Of a DNA stretch of 64,000 nucleotides, positions 29,457-40,092 are shown one piece after another. Positions within the stretch are counted from its first letter, which is position 1, and each line of letters opens with the position of its first letter. This stretch comes from Solirubrobacteraceae bacterium (GTDB lineage: Bacteria; Actinomycetota; Thermoleophilia; Solirubrobacterales; Solirubrobacteraceae), in the NCBI GenBank assembly GCA_050252545.1, contig JBFWKS010000001.1:3932-67931 (forward strand), given 5' to 3'. Made by a program: the position numbers and the translations under genes. The notes under the pieces are model-generated. The model ran no database searches. It was given only the letters and a program-made list of their open reading frames with translations, and was not told the DNA's origin.

Positions 29457-30796
29457 AGATCGAATACCGCGGAGCGAAGGTCATGGCGATCATCGCCTTC
29501 CTCGCGCTGTGCCTCGGCATCTTCGTCTGGCTCTTCGGACTGGCCGGAGGCCGGATGCTCGAAGGGTCGTCCTACACGGCGGTCGTCCGCATGCCGGACG
29601 CGTTCCAGCTCGTGTCGAACGCCGACGTCCGCAGCGCGGGCGTCAAGGTCGGCAAGGTCCGTGAGGTCACCAACGACGGGGACCAGGCCCGGGTGACGAT
29701 CAGCCTCGACGACGACCACGCGCCGCTGAACAAGGACGCGACGATCAAGCTGCGGACCAAGACGCTCGTCGGCGAGAACTACCTCGAGCTCATTCCGGGC
29801 AGCCCGAGGGCGGGCACCGTGCCGTCGGGCGGGACGCTGCCGCTGGAGCGGGCCGGGGAGTCGGTCCAGCTCGACCAGATCCTGTCCTCGATCGACCGGG
29901 AGACCCGGCGCGAGGTCCAGCGCAACCTCAAGCAGGTCGGCCCGGGCCTGGAGGGCCGCGGTAACGACACCAACGAGCTGTTCAAGGCCATGCCCCCGAC
30001 GGTGGACAACTCCTCCGCCGTCGCCCGCGTCCTCGACGGCCAGCGCGAGCAGCTCGGCCGTGTGGTCGACCAGGGCGGGCAGCTCCTCAAGGCCTTCGCG
30101 AACCGGTCCGACGACGTCCGGGCGCTCGCCGGTGGCCTGCGCCGCACGACCGCGGCGGTCGCCGATCGCGACGCCGCCCTCCGCGAGGGTTTCCGCGAGC
30201 TCCCGGCGACCCTCGAGCAGATCCAGAGCACGGCCGGACGCCTGGGATCGGTGGCGCGCGAGAGCACGCCGGTCGTCGCGTCCCTGCGCACCGGGGTGCG
30301 GTCGCTGCCGCCCGTCACCTCCCGCCTCGCCGCGGCGGCGTCGGACGGACGCCGGATCTTCCGGATCCTGCCGTCGGTCTCGCGCCGCGCCGACCCGCTG
30401 CTCGAGAGCCTGCGCGAGTTCTCCAAGGACGCCAACCCGGTGATCCCCCAGTTCGCCGGGTTCCTCCGGCAGGTCAATCCCGCGCTGCGCTACATCGGTC
30501 CGCGCGCTGAGGACATGGTCACGGCCATCGCCAACCTGGGTTCGGCCACCGATAGCCGCGACGACGCGGGCCACCTCGCCCGCGTCCACGTGGTCGTCAG
30601 CGAGAAGACGGTCACGGGGCTCGGCGTCACCGATCTCGTCGAGCGGTTCCTCGACCTCACCGGCGCCTCGTCGGTCTTCCGCAGCCGGCTCAACTCCTAC
30701 CCCGTGCCGGGCACGCGCGACGCGCCGCAGCCGTTCAAGCCCGGCGACTACGCGCCGCTGAAGGCGGACCCCCCGATCGCCGGTGCCGATGGGTGA
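29453..30796 (+). CDS. MCE/MlaD family protein 6
   Basis: LVSNADVRSAGVKVGKV, LVGENYLELIPG; GTGA overlap. Confidence 0.9.
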   Translation: MKIEYRGAKVMAIIAFLALCLGIFVWLFGLAGGRMLEGSSYTAVVRMPDAFQLVSNADVRSAGVKVGKVREVTNDGDQARVTISLDDDHAPLNKDATIKLRTKTLVGENYLELIPGSPRAGTVPSGGTLPLERAGESVQLDQILSSIDRETRREVQRNLKQVGPGLEGRGNDTNELFKAMPPTVDNSSAVARVLDGQREQLGRVVDQGGQLLKAFANRSDDVRALAGGLRRTTAAVADRDAALREGFRELPATLEQIQSTAGRLGSVARESTPVVASLRTGVRSLPPVTSRLAAAASDGRRIFRILPSVSRRADPLLESLREFSKDANPVIPQFAGFLRQVNPALRYIGPRAEDMVTAIANLGSATDSRDDAGHLARVHVVVSEKTVTGLGVTDLVERFLDLTGASSVFRSRLNSYPVPGTRDAPQPFKPGDYAPLKADPPIAGADG

Positions 30797-30811
30797 CCCG
30801 GGCGTGAGAGG

Positions 30812-31633
30812 GTGGGGTCCGTGGCCACGTCGCTGACCTACTCGCGCATCGTCGTCCCCCGCTCGATCGGGGTGCCCGACGGGGCCTACGGCCTCGATCG
30901 GGACGGCGACGTACCGGCTCGCGATCGCGCCACCGGCCTGCCGCGGCGCTCCGACGGGGAGGACGTCCTCGTCGTCCGCAGCGACCGGATCGACGACGGG
31001 CGGGCCGTGTCGACCCGGGTGTCGATCGTCCACGGCGAGCGGTTCTCGGCCGCCGACGCCAAGGCGCGCCTGGAGCGCTGGCGTGACGACGTCGACGCCC
31101 GCCAGGTCGAGCGCGACGCGGTGATCGTCGCGGTCAACCGGGCGATACGCGCCTACCGCCTGGGCAGCGGCGACGCGTACGCGCTCGAGGTGACGGTCGA
31201 GGACGTCAACGAGTCCACGCTCGGCATCGTCTCGCCCGAGGGCGCGTTCCGCGGCGAGACCGGGGACGCGCTGTCGCCCGACCGACCCCGCTCGCGTCGG
31301 CCGTCCCGGCTCGAGGTCAACCAGGCCGGCGAGGCGGTGGGCCTGGGCCTGGGGTTCGGCGACCGGTTCCTCGAGGGCGAGGAGCTGCTGGTGATCGCCG
31401 GACGCGAGTCGTCGCTGGGTCGCGACCGGTCGGCCCACGCCGCCCTACGGGCCGGAGCCGGACTGATCGTCGACGAGCTGGCCGCGGACCCGACGGCGAC
31501 CGACGCCCGCTCGGTCGCGGTCGCGGTCGTGTCCGATGGCGAGCCCGACGACGTGCTCGACGACGCGCGACGGTTGCAGGACGCGCTCGACGGCTGGCGC
31601 CGCGACGCGCGGGCCGCCGCGCACGGCACCTGA
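30812..31633 (+). CDS. Hypothetical soluble protein at the end of the Mce operon
   Basis: 273-aa ORF 15 nt after last mce gene, typical codon usage, no TM segment; start may be GTG 30821. Confidence 0.65.
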   Translation: MGSVATSLTYSRIVVPRSIGVPDGAYGLDRDGDVPARDRATGLPRRSDGEDVLVVRSDRIDDGRAVSTRVSIVHGERFSAADAKARLERWRDDVDARQVERDAVIVAVNRAIRAYRLGSGDAYALEVTVEDVNESTLGIVSPEGAFRGETGDALSPDRPRSRRPSRLEVNQAGEAVGLGLGFGDRFLEGEELLVIAGRESSLGRDRSAHAALRAGAGLIVDELAADPTATDARSVAVAVVSDGEPDDVLDDARRLQDALDGWRRDARAAAHGT

Positions 31634-31669
31634 CGGGTGGGGAGCCGGTTGATCACCCCCCGCCGTGGC

Positions 31670-31840
31670 TCACATCGGTTCGAACTCCGACTTGCGGGCA
31701 CCGCAGACCGGGCACATCCACGACGCCGGGATGTCACTGAACGCCGTTCCCGGGGGGATGCCGCCGTCGGGATCGCCCTCGGCCGGATCGTAGATATAGC
31801 CGCAGGACTCGCAGATCCACTGGGCGTCGGGGTCGGACAT
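31670..31840 (-). CDS. Rubredoxin (56 aa)
   Basis: [40 protein letters not shown]; GAGGAG RBS. Confidence 0.97.
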   Translation of the reverse strand: MSDPDAQWICESCGYIYDPAEGDPDGGIPPGTAFSDIPASWMCPVCGARKSEFEPM

Positions 31841-31957
31841 GGCACTCCTCGTCGGTCGGTCTGTCTGGGGGCCAGCAGCGCGGGCGCTCCGCCGCCCCAG
31901 CGTATGCGTTCCGGCGACGCCGCGGGACGCGCCTTCCACCGAGAACTGACCGGGCGC

Positions 31958-31974
31958 TTGGTCGTTTCGACCAC
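31958..31974. promoter_or_regulatory. 17-bp inverted repeat between rubredoxin and PucR gene
   Basis: TTGGTC-GTTTC-GACCAC; a TACGCT -10-like hexamer for rubredoxin lies at 31899-31904 on the minus strand. Confidence 0.5.
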
Positions 31975-31995
31975 GTTCGACAGGCCGGCTCGACG

Positions 31996-33270
31996 GTGAA
32001 GCCGCGGCCCGGCAGAGCGAGCGCCGTACCCGTCTGCTCCCCGAAGGCCGAGCAGCTGATCGCGGTCGCCGCCGGACGGCTGGAGCGGACGTCGGACGCC
32101 GTCGCCGTCCGTCTGATCGAAGAGGTCGAGATCCGCATGCCCGAGCTCAAGGGCGACGAGGAGTTCCACGACGCGCTGCTCGGGGTCGCGCGCGGGAGCG
32201 TCGAGCTGATCTCGACGATGATGCGCACGTGGACCGACCCGAGCGTCGTGCCGCCCCCACACGAGGCGCTCGAGTGGGCGCGCAGCCTCGTCGGTCGCGG
32301 CGTGTCGATCAACGACCTCCTGCGCGTGTACCGGCTCGGGCAGGCGACCTACCAGGACCTGTTCTACGCCGAGGTCGGCCAGCAGGGCGCCGATCCTGTG
32401 ACCGCGATGGAGGCGATGCGCGCCTGCTCCGCGTTCGCGTTCGCGTGGATCGACGCGATCTCCACGCCACTGATAGCCGCCTACGAGGAGGAGCGCGACC
32501 GGCGTCAGCAGGGTGCGGAGGCGGTGCGCGTCGAGACGATCGAGGCGATCCTCGCGGGCGAGGCGGTCGACCCGCAGATCGCCGGTGCCCGGCTCCGGTA
32601 CGACCTGGGCCGTCGGCACGTGTGCTTCGTCGTGTGGGCCGACGACGACGGTGGTCCAGCCACGCCGCTCGACCTGGACCAGGCGGTCAGCGAGGTCATC
32701 GCCGTGATCGGGGGCGGCGGTCGGCCGCTGCTGCTGCGGTCCTCGCCACGGGTCACGATCGGGTGGACGGCCCGGTCGACGGCCGACGACGGAACCGAGG
32801 ACGCGCTGGCGCCGCGGCTGCGCCGGTCCGGCTGCCGGGTCGCGGTCGGGGCGGTCGGGGAGGGCGTCGCCGGGTTCCGCACGTCGCACGATCAGGCGAT
32901 GCGGGCTCGCCGCGTGGCCCGAATCCTCCGCGGCGGCGCCCAGGCGACGTTCTTCGACGCGGTGGCGGTCGAGGACCTGCTGACGCGTGACGTCGACGCC
33001 GCGCGTGCGTTGGCGGTACGGACGCTCGGCCCGCTCGCGGCCGACGACGACGCCACGCGACGCCTGCGGACCACGCTGCGCGTGTACCTGGAGGAGGGCC
33101 AGAGCCTGGCGCGAGCGTCGCGTCGACTCGGTATCCATCAGAACACGATCGCCTACCGCGTACGGCGGGCGATCGAGCTCACCGGGCAGTCCGACGCGGG
33201 CTCCAAGGCCCTGCAGGCAGCCGTGCTGCTCGCGCCGCTGCTGGGCGGCAAGGACGCCGACGGGGGCTGA
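31996..33270 (+). CDS. PucR/CdaR family transcriptional regulator
   Basis: Helical N-domain, GGDEF-like middle, C-terminal HTH ([32 protein letters not shown]). Confidence 0.9.
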   Translation: MKPRPGRASAVPVCSPKAEQLIAVAAGRLERTSDAVAVRLIEEVEIRMPELKGDEEFHDALLGVARGSVELISTMMRTWTDPSVVPPPHEALEWARSLVGRGVSINDLLRVYRLGQATYQDLFYAEVGQQGADPVTAMEAMRACSAFAFAWIDAISTPLIAAYEEERDRRQQGAEAVRVETIEAILAGEAVDPQIAGARLRYDLGRRHVCFVVWADDDGGPATPLDLDQAVSEVIAVIGGGGRPLLLRSSPRVTIGWTARSTADDGTEDALAPRLRRSGCRVAVGAVGEGVAGFRTSHDQAMRARRVARILRGGAQATFFDAVAVEDLLTRDVDAARALAVRTLGPLAADDDATRRLRTTLRVYLEEGQSLARASRRLGIHQNTIAYRVRRAIELTGQSDAGSKALQAAVLLAPLLGGKDADGG

Positions 33271-33394
33271 TCGGCGCCCTCCGTTGCGACCGGACCGCCC
33301 CGCGACCCGATACCGGGCACGCGCCCCATCCGTGTCGTGAACGTCGCGGATTCCCCGTCAGGAGGGTGGATGGGCGCCCCTGCATGCGCGATGC

Positions 33395-33411
33395 TTGTGA
33401 CGGGGTCACAG
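33395..33411. promoter_or_regulatory. 17-bp inverted repeat upstream of GAF-LuxR gene
   Basis: TTGTGA-CGGGG-TCACAG (N5 spacing, not the N6 of CRP/GlxR). Confidence 0.5.
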
Positions 33412-33595
33412 CACGACCGGACGATCCTGTGGCGAAAGGTTGGGCGGGGAGCCGCGATGCGAGCGACCATCCAGCCAGGGGAGGGACCCGACGGTGCTGG
33501 TGATTTCACCGATGTGTCGTGGGCACGGTTCGGTGTTCGCCCCAGTCCGCGATTCGGCGGGCAGGAGAGGATCAGGCAGTCCACCGGGGAGAGAG

Positions 33596-34879
33596 ATGAC
33601 GATGATCAAGGGACAGGGTGAAGTGCGGGGAGGCACGGTCACCGAGGACGGGTCCACCTGGGCGTTCAACGCACCACGGATCACGGAGAAGCGGTTGCGC
33701 GAGGACGTGGAGAGCGTCCTGCAGTGGGCGGTCGAGCTCGGGTACGCCGGGACGGATGTCGACGGCGCCCCGCCCCGGATCGAGGACCTGGAGGCCGGTC
33801 GCGACGCGATCGGCGCCGCGCTGCACGACGCGCTCGAGGCGGTCCGCACCGGCGGCGTCGTCGAGGGCCACGCCCGTCGCGGCACGGTCGATCTGGTCCT
33901 CGCCTGCCGCGACGTCGAGGCCCGGCTGCGCGACGCCGAGCGGGCGGCGGAGTCGATCGCGCTGGGCTCGGTCCGGGACGCGCTCGGGACGCTGCGCGAC
34001 CTGACCACCGTCGAGCAGCTGCTCGAGCGGGCGCCGGCCGCCGCGGTCCGACTGGGGTTCGATCGTGCGCTCGTGTCGGCGATCGAGCGGTCGGTGCTGG
34101 CGCCGCGCTCGTGCGAGATGGGCGGGGACGTGGAGCGCGCCGCGGCGATGATCCGCGTCGGACGCGAGAATCCGCGCCGGCTCGACCCGACGCTGCCCGA
34201 GACCGAGATCGTGCGGCGGCGCCGGGCGATCACGGTCCGCAACGCCGTCCACGACCCGCGGGTCCACCGGCCGTTGGTCGACGTGGCGGAGACGCGCGAC
34301 TACACGGCGGCGCCGATCATGGGTGGTGGCCGCGTGATCGGGCTGCTGCACGCCGATCACTTCGTCAAGCAGCGCCGGGTCAGCCGGTTCGACCGCGACC
34401 TGCTGTGGATGTTCGCCGACGCGTTCGGGCAGACCTTCGAGCGGATCGCGCTCGACGCGCGGGTCGAGGGGATCCGGCGGGCGGTCGGTCACGCGTCGGC
34501 GATGACGACCGCGGCGATCGGCCACACCGCCGACGTCGAGCTGACGCTCGGCGACGCGTGCGAGACGTCGGAGGCGCCGCCGCTCGCGCGGATGGCCCCG
34601 GCTCCCGCCCCGTCGGGCGCGTCGATCCTGCCGCCCGAGGACCGGGTCGACTCGGTCCTCACCCCGCGCGAGGTCCAGGTGCTGCGGCTGATGGCGGAGG
34701 GTGAGACGAACATCGGCATCGCCGAGCGGCTGATCGTCGCCCCGGGCACCGCCAAGACGCACGTCAAGCACATCCTGCGCAAGCTCTGCGCGTCCAACCG
34801 CGCCGAGGCCGTGTCGCGGTACCTGCAGCTCGAGCACGAGCGCTCGGCCGGGCGCCCGCGCGAGGCCGGCGGCTGGTGA
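33596..34879 (+). CDS. GAF-LuxR transcriptional regulator (paralogue 1)
   Basis: GAF-like region (AAPIMGGGRVIGLLHAD), LuxR HTH LTPREVQVLRLMAEGETNIGIAERL...TAKTHVKHILRKL. Confidence 0.88.
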   Translation: MTMIKGQGEVRGGTVTEDGSTWAFNAPRITEKRLREDVESVLQWAVELGYAGTDVDGAPPRIEDLEAGRDAIGAALHDALEAVRTGGVVEGHARRGTVDLVLACRDVEARLRDAERAAESIALGSVRDALGTLRDLTTVEQLLERAPAAAVRLGFDRALVSAIERSVLAPRSCEMGGDVERAAAMIRVGRENPRRLDPTLPETEIVRRRRAITVRNAVHDPRVHRPLVDVAETRDYTAAPIMGGGRVIGLLHADHFVKQRRVSRFDRDLLWMFADAFGQTFERIALDARVEGIRRAVGHASAMTTAAIGHTADVELTLGDACETSEAPPLARMAPAPAPSGASILPPEDRVDSVLTPREVQVLRLMAEGETNIGIAERLIVAPGTAKTHVKHILRKLCASNRAEAVSRYLQLEHERSAGRPREAGGW

Positions 34880-35205
34880 CCGCGACAGTCGTCGCCGCGG
34901 GACGCCCGGATCGACGTCACGCCGCGCGACGGCTCGCCGTTCTCGCTGTCGTACGAGCCGCTGATGCACCTGGAGATGCAGGGGCTGGGGTACTTCCACC
35001 CCGAGTGGGCGCACGGCACGCCGCACGGCGAGCTGCGCGTCGGTCGTGAGGACCTGGTGCTGGCCGACGCCCGGCCGGACGAGCCGCAGCGGCTGCACCG
35101 GCAGCTGCTCTGCCGGGTGACCGCCCGCCACGAGGACGGGGCGAGGAGACCGGGATCGGGATCATGGAGCACCTCGTCCACGGGCCGTACGCCCCGCTGA
35201 GCTGA
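34880..35205 (+). pseudogene. 5-prime-truncated, frameshifted remnant of a conserved hypothetical gene
   Basis: DARIDVTPRDG...GLGYFHPEWAHG...LHRQLLCRV, then after the G4 run at 35138-35141 EETGIGIMEHLVHGPYAPLS* in another frame. Confidence 0.6.
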
Positions 35206-35289
35206 CGTAGGACGGCCCCGCCCGCCTCCGCCGCTGCGCCGCGGGGTGGCGGGGCGGGCCGGCGCCCGGGTGGGACGGTCTCCGCGTCG

Positions 35290-36105
35290 CTACGCGGTCA
35301 CCTCGTCGACGAAGCACGCCAGCTCGTCGAGCACCTCGTCGCGGTTGGTCTCGTTGAAGACCTCGTGGCGGGCGCCCGGGTAGCGGTGGGCGCGCAGGTC
35401 GTCCGCCGCCAGCCGCCGGACCACCGGCTCGACGAGGTCGGCCGGGGACAGCGCGTCCTCGTCACCGTGGAGCCACAGCAGGGGGGACGTCGACAGCGGC
35501 GGGCCGTCCGCCACCGCCTGCACGGCCTTGAACACCGCGCGGAGCGTCGGGCGCTTGAACGGCCCGTGGTAGACGAGCGGATCGGCGACGTACGCCTCGC
35601 CGACGGCGGGATCGCGCGACAGGACCGCCGGGTCGATCGGCACCTCGGGCAGCGGGTCCATCTCGACGAGCGGCTCGATCTGCGGGTTGCCGGCGATGAA
35701 CGGCCCCGCCAGCACCACGCCGCGCGGGGCGTCGGCCCCGAGCTGCAGGTGACGGGTGACGATGAGCCCGCCGAGCGAGTGACCGACGAGCACGACCGGC
35801 AGACCGCGGTGTCGCGCGGTGACGACGTCGCGCACCGCACCGAGGTCGCGGGCGAGGTCGTCGAAGCTCTCGACGAGCGCCGGCTCGCCGGCCGAACGGC
35901 CGTGGGCGTGGTGGTCGGGGGCGTAGACCGCGGCGCCGTCGGCGACGAGCCGCCGGGCGACGTGGTCGTAGCGACCGCCGTGCTCACCGTAGCCGTGGGC
36001 GATCAGGACCACGCGCCGCGGGACCTTCGGCACCCACGAGCGGACGACGAGCTCGCCGTGGCGACCGGCGACGGTCAGGTCGTCGGTGGTGATCGGGTCG
36101 GACAT
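35290..36105 (-). CDS. Alpha/beta hydrolase (lysophospholipase/monoacylglycerol lipase-like)
   Basis: HGYGEH, DHHAHGRS, GHSLGG nucleophile elbow, HEVFNE. Confidence 0.9.
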   Translation of the reverse strand: MSDPITTDDLTVAGRHGELVVRSWVPKVPRRVVLIAHGYGEHGGRYDHVARRLVADGAAVYAPDHHAHGRSAGEPALVESFDDLARDLGAVRDVVTARHRGLPVVLVGHSLGGLIVTRHLQLGADAPRGVVLAGPFIAGNPQIEPLVEMDPLPEVPIDPAVLSRDPAVGEAYVADPLVYHGPFKRPTLRAVFKAVQAVADGPPLSTSPLLWLHGDEDALSPADLVEPVVRRLAADDLRAHRYPGARHEVFNETNRDEVLDELACFVDEVTA

Positions 36106-36224
36106 GTGGGGTGCTCCTCGGGTCGGGCCGCGGGCGTCCACGTCGCTGACGCGCGCCGGGCCGGGCTGGTGGTCGGTCGGAACGATCGGTTGGGGCGGGA
36201 GCCGGATCGCCGGCGCCCGGCGGG

Positions 36225-37610
36225 TCAGGCGACGGCCAGCACCTCGTCGAACGCCTCGACGAGCGACCGGCGGAACAGCGGCACGTCGGCGACGGCGGCG
36301 GAGTCGAGGTTGGCCCCGACGCAGGCACGGTCCCCGTGCGAGACGAGCGTGATCATCGCCGCGGCCCCGGGCAGTGGCGCGTACGGATAGAGCCGCTCCA
36401 CCCGCGCCCCGGCCAGGTACACCGGCTCGCGGATGCCCGGCACGTTCGACGCCTGCAGGTCGGTCCCGCGCATCGCCGGGCCGAGCATCCGCGCCACGAC
36501 CGGGGCCGGTAGCCGGGCCATCACCGGGGTGACGTGGCTCAGCACGTCGAGCGCCGGGTCGTGCCGGGCGGCGCGCACCAGGGCGCCGATCGCCTGCATC
36601 CGTCGGACCGGGTCGGGCTCGTCGAGCGGTCCCGCCATCCTCGCAGCGGCGAACTGATTGCCGCCGGCGGGGGCGTCGTCCTTGCGCACCGAGACCGGGA
36701 TCGCGATCGGGATCGCCGGCACCGGGCTGCCGTGCGCCTCGTGGTACCGGGCGAACGTGCCGAGCAGCGCCGCCAGGTAGGCGTCGTTGACGGTGCCTCC
36801 CGCCACGCGTCCGGCGTCTCGCAGCGCCTTGAACGGCATCTCGTGCGCCACGAACCGCCACGTCAGGTCGCGCTCGGCGAGCAGCGGCGACGGTGGCGCG
36901 GGCGGGTCGCCGAGGACGCGCCTGGCGGACGTCACCGCGGTCGACGCGTCACGGACGAACGACGCCGGGCGCCGGAGCGCGCCGACCGCCGACGACGCCA
37001 GGCTGAGGGCACGTCGCGCGTCGGAGGCACCGAGCCGTGCGGCGGTCCTGACGCGGCCGCGCGGACGGATGACGGCGGGCAGCGGCAGTTCGGGTCGGTC
37101 GGTCGTCGGCTCCACCGTCCGCGAGTGCATGGCGTCGAGGAGCTGCACGATGCCGATGCCGTCGGTGGAGCTGTGGTGCAGCTTCAGCACGTACGCCGCG
37201 GCCCCGTCGGGCAGGCCCTCCAGGAGGATCGCCTCCCACGGGGGACGAGCGCGGTCGAACGGGGCCATCGCGATCCGGGCGGCCGCGTCGAGCGCGTCGT
37301 CGAGCGTCGCCCCGTCCGGGAGCGACTCCCAGCGCAGGTGGTGGTCCAGGTCGAACCGCTCGTCGCTGACCCAGCGGGCGGTGCCGATCCCCGGGTCGTC
37401 GACGCGACGACGGAACCGCGGGACGGCACGGGACGCCCACTCGTGCGCGGCACGCAGCCGCTCGCGCTCGGGTGCCCGGTCCAGGAGCTCGACGCCGACG
37501 ATCGTCGAGCGCAGCGCCGGGTCGCGCTCGGCGCGCCACATGACCGTCTCGATCGGGCTCAGGTCGTCGTCGGTGCCCCACCGGAAGGACCGGTCCGCGG
37601 TACGGGCCAT
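36225..37610 (-). CDS. Wax ester synthase/diacylglycerol acyltransferase (WS/DGAT)
   Basis: LHHSSTDG (HHxxxDG), GTVNDAYLAA, SNVPG. Confidence 0.92.
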   Translation of the reverse strand: MARTADRSFRWGTDDDLSPIETVMWRAERDPALRSTIVGVELLDRAPERERLRAAHEWASRAVPRFRRRVDDPGIGTARWVSDERFDLDHHLRWESLPDGATLDDALDAAARIAMAPFDRARPPWEAILLEGLPDGAAAYVLKLHHSSTDGIGIVQLLDAMHSRTVEPTTDRPELPLPAVIRPRGRVRTAARLGASDARRALSLASSAVGALRRPASFVRDASTAVTSARRVLGDPPAPPSPLLAERDLTWRFVAHEMPFKALRDAGRVAGGTVNDAYLAALLGTFARYHEAHGSPVPAIPIAIPVSVRKDDAPAGGNQFAAARMAGPLDEPDPVRRMQAIGALVRAARHDPALDVLSHVTPVMARLPAPVVARMLGPAMRGTDLQASNVPGIREPVYLAGARVERLYPYAPLPGAAAMITLVSHGDRACVGANLDSAAVADVPLFRRSLVEAFDEVLAVA

Positions 37611-38620
37611 CACGCCACCTCGTGTCGTTCGCTCTCGGCGATGATCCGGCGCAGGCCGCGGTAGGCCTCGCGCGGGTGCCGTCCGTGGTGGACGACCTGC
37701 TCGACCTCGTGGCAGATCGGCAGCCGGCAGCCGTACCGGCCCGAGAGCTCCATCGCCGTCGTCGCGGTGCGCACGCCCTCGGCGACCTGGCCCATCTCGT
37801 CGACGATCTGCTGCAGCGTCCGGCCCTGCGCGAGCCCCTCGCCGACACGGCGGTTGCGCGAGAGCGGACTGATGCACGTGGCCAGGAGGTCGCCCATCCC
37901 GGTGAGCCCCGAGAACGTGCGCTCGTCGGCGCCGAGCGCGACGCCCAGGCGCGTGATCTCGGCCAGGCCACGGGTGATCACCAGCGCGCGGGTGTTGTCG
38001 CCGACCCCGAGCCCGTCGGCCATGCCGCTGGCGATCGCGATGACGTTCTTGAGCGCCCCGCCGAGCTCGGACCCGACGATGTCGTCGTTGCGGTAGACAC
38101 GGAAGCGGTCGGTGGAGAAGATCGGCTGCAGCGTGCGCGCGACCTCCTCGTCGCGCGTCGCCACGACGACCGCCGCGGCCAGGCCGTCGAGCACCTCGCG
38201 GGCGAGGTTCGGGCCGGACATCGCCGCGACCGGATGGCCGGGCAGCTCCTCGGCGATGATCTCCGTCGGCCGCAGGTGCGTTCCCGGCTCCAGGCCCTTG
38301 GCGAGCGACGCGACCGGCACCCCCGGACGGATGTGGCGGGCCACCTCGGGCAGCGTCGTGCGGAACGCGTGCGACGGGACACCCATCACGAGCACGTCGG
38401 CGCCGGCGACCGCGGATGCCAGGTCGGTCGTCGCGTCCAGCCCGTCGGGGAGTGGCCGGTCCCCCAGGAAGCGCGTGTTGCGATGCCGGTCGCGGACGTC
38501 CTCGACGACCGCGGGATCGCGCGCCCACAGCGTCGTCGGAACGTGGTTGGCGGCGAGCGCCGCGACGGTCGTGCCCCACGAGCCCCCGCCGAGGACCGTG
38601 ACCTGCCGGGGTGCGGTCAC
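37610..38620 (-). CDS. gpsA: NAD(P)H-dependent glycerol-3-phosphate dehydrogenase
   Basis: [40 protein letters not shown]. Confidence 0.95.
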   Translation of the reverse strand: MTAPRQVTVLGGGSWGTTVAALAANHVPTTLWARDPAVVEDVRDRHRNTRFLGDRPLPDGLDATTDLASAVAGADVLVMGVPSHAFRTTLPEVARHIRPGVPVASLAKGLEPGTHLRPTEIIAEELPGHPVAAMSGPNLAREVLDGLAAAVVVATRDEEVARTLQPIFSTDRFRVYRNDDIVGSELGGALKNVIAIASGMADGLGVGDNTRALVITRGLAEITRLGVALGADERTFSGLTGMGDLLATCISPLSRNRRVGEGLAQGRTLQQIVDEMGQVAEGVRTATTAMELSGRYGCRLPICHEVEQVVHHGRHPREAYRGLRRIIAESERHEVA

Positions 38621-40092
38621 GACGAGCCCTCCGCCAGGGCCGGTCGCGGTGGTTCGGGCCAGTCGGCGAGCGTCGCCACGAACCGGTCGCGGACGTCGGC
38701 GACGTGCTCGTCGAGCGTCTCGCGCCGCCAGCCGCCCGTGTCGATCGGCGCCAGCACGGCCACGTCGATCCGTCCGGGACGGATCCGTTGGGTGTTGCCC
38801 CACATCACCTCGCCGGCGTTGCGGAGCACGATCGGCACCATCGGCACCTCGGCCTGCATGGCGATGTGGAACGCGCCCTTCTTGAACGGGCCCAGGCGCG
38901 GCGACACCGAGCGGGTGCCCTCCGGGCTGATCGCGAGCGACACGCGCTCCTCGCGGACCTTGCGGACCGCGGGGGCCATCGCCTCACGGGCCTGCTTGAT
39001 GTCGCTGCGGTCGATGAACGCCACGTCACCCAGGCGCAGCAGCGGCCCGAAGACCGGGTTGCTGCGGACCTCCTTCTTGGCGACCCCGGTGAACCCGGTC
39101 CGCAGCAGGTGCATCATCACCGGCACGTCGATGCCGCTCTGGTGGTTGAAGACGAAGACGCACGGCCGCGCCGACCAGAGGTGCTCGCGACCGGCGACGA
39201 CCCGTACGTCGACGCCGGTGAGCGCGAGCGCCAGGTCCGATCCGACACCGGCGGCGATGTCGATCGCGGTGCTGCGCGACCGGCGCAGCGCCCCGATGCC
39301 GAGTCCGGCGACGAGCCCGGTCGCGACCGCGCCGTAGAGCGTCCCGGTCCGCGCGAGGTCACGCAGTCCGGGGCGGTCGTCACGACGGTCGCAGCGCAGC
39401 ACCGGCCAGCCGTCGCGGCCGGCGCGGTCCAGCAGCTCCGGCTCCGGCTCGACGGCGGCCGGGTGACCGACGGCCTCCAGCAGCGGGATGTCCTCGGTGC
39501 CGTTGGAGTACGCGAACGCGTCGGCCGGGTCGGCGCCGCACTCCTCCAGCAGGTCGAGCAGCGCCCGCGCCTTGCCGTCGCCCCACGGCGGCCTGCCCAG
39601 GGCGCGGCCGGTCAGGCGGCCGTCGCCGTCGACCTCGACCTCGGTGCAGATGATCGTGTCGACGTCGAGCTCGCGTGCCGCCGGCTCGATCTGGAACCGG
39701 GTCGCGGAGGTGGCGAGGACGACGGTGTGCCCCCGCGCGTGGTGGGCGGCGACGAGCGGCCACACCTCGGGGTGCAGCCGCTCGGCGATCTCCATCCTGA
39801 AGAGCCGCCGGCCGAGCTCCTGCAGGTCCTCCTCGAACGCGCCGGTCCACGCGCCGAGCGACAGCTCCAGCAGCCGGTCGAAGTCCTCCGCGGTCCGGAG
39901 GCCACGTCGCAGCAGCGCCAGCGTCTTCGCCAGCTCGACCGGGCCCAGGTCCCAGGTCCGCAGCCGGTGCGCGTAGAACCGCGACGCCGAGTAGCCGGAG
40001 ATCACCGTCCCGTCGTAGTCGAAGCACGCCACGGTCGCCGGCCCGGCCGGCGCCTCGCGGATCCGGGCGACGAGCTCAGGCGTCGTCGCCAT
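38617..40092 (-). CDS. plsC: HAD-IB phosphatase fused to 1-acyl-G3P acyltransferase
   Basis: FDYDGT HAD motif I; [20 protein letters not shown] acyltransferase motifs. Confidence 0.9.
   Translation of the reverse strand: MATTPELVARIREAPAGPATVACFDYDGTVISGYSASRFYAHRLRTWDLGPVELAKTLALLRRGLRTAEDFDRLLELSLGAWTGAFEEDLQELGRRLFRMEIAERLHPEVWPLVAAHHARGHTVVLATSATRFQIEPAARELDVDTIICTEVEVDGDGRLTGRALGRPPWGDGKARALLDLLEECGADPADAFAYSNGTEDIPLLEAVGHPAAVEPEPELLDRAGRDGWPVLRCDRRDDRPGLRDLARTGTLYGAVATGLVAGLGIGALRRSRSTAIDIAAGVGSDLALALTGVDVRVVAGREHLWSARPCVFVFNHQSGIDVPVMMHLLRTGFTGVAKKEVRSNPVFGPLLRLGDVAFIDRSDIKQAREAMAPAVRKVREERVSLAISPEGTRSVSPRLGPFKKGAFHIAMQAEVPMVPIVLRNAGEVMWGNTQRIRPGRIDVAVLAPIDTGGWRRETLDEHVADVRDRFVATLADWPEPPRPALAEGSS

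Noticed and set aside
33396-33410. CRP/GlxR site
   Set aside because: TGTGA-N5-TCACA has a 5-bp spacer, not the 6-bp spacer CRP/GlxR requires
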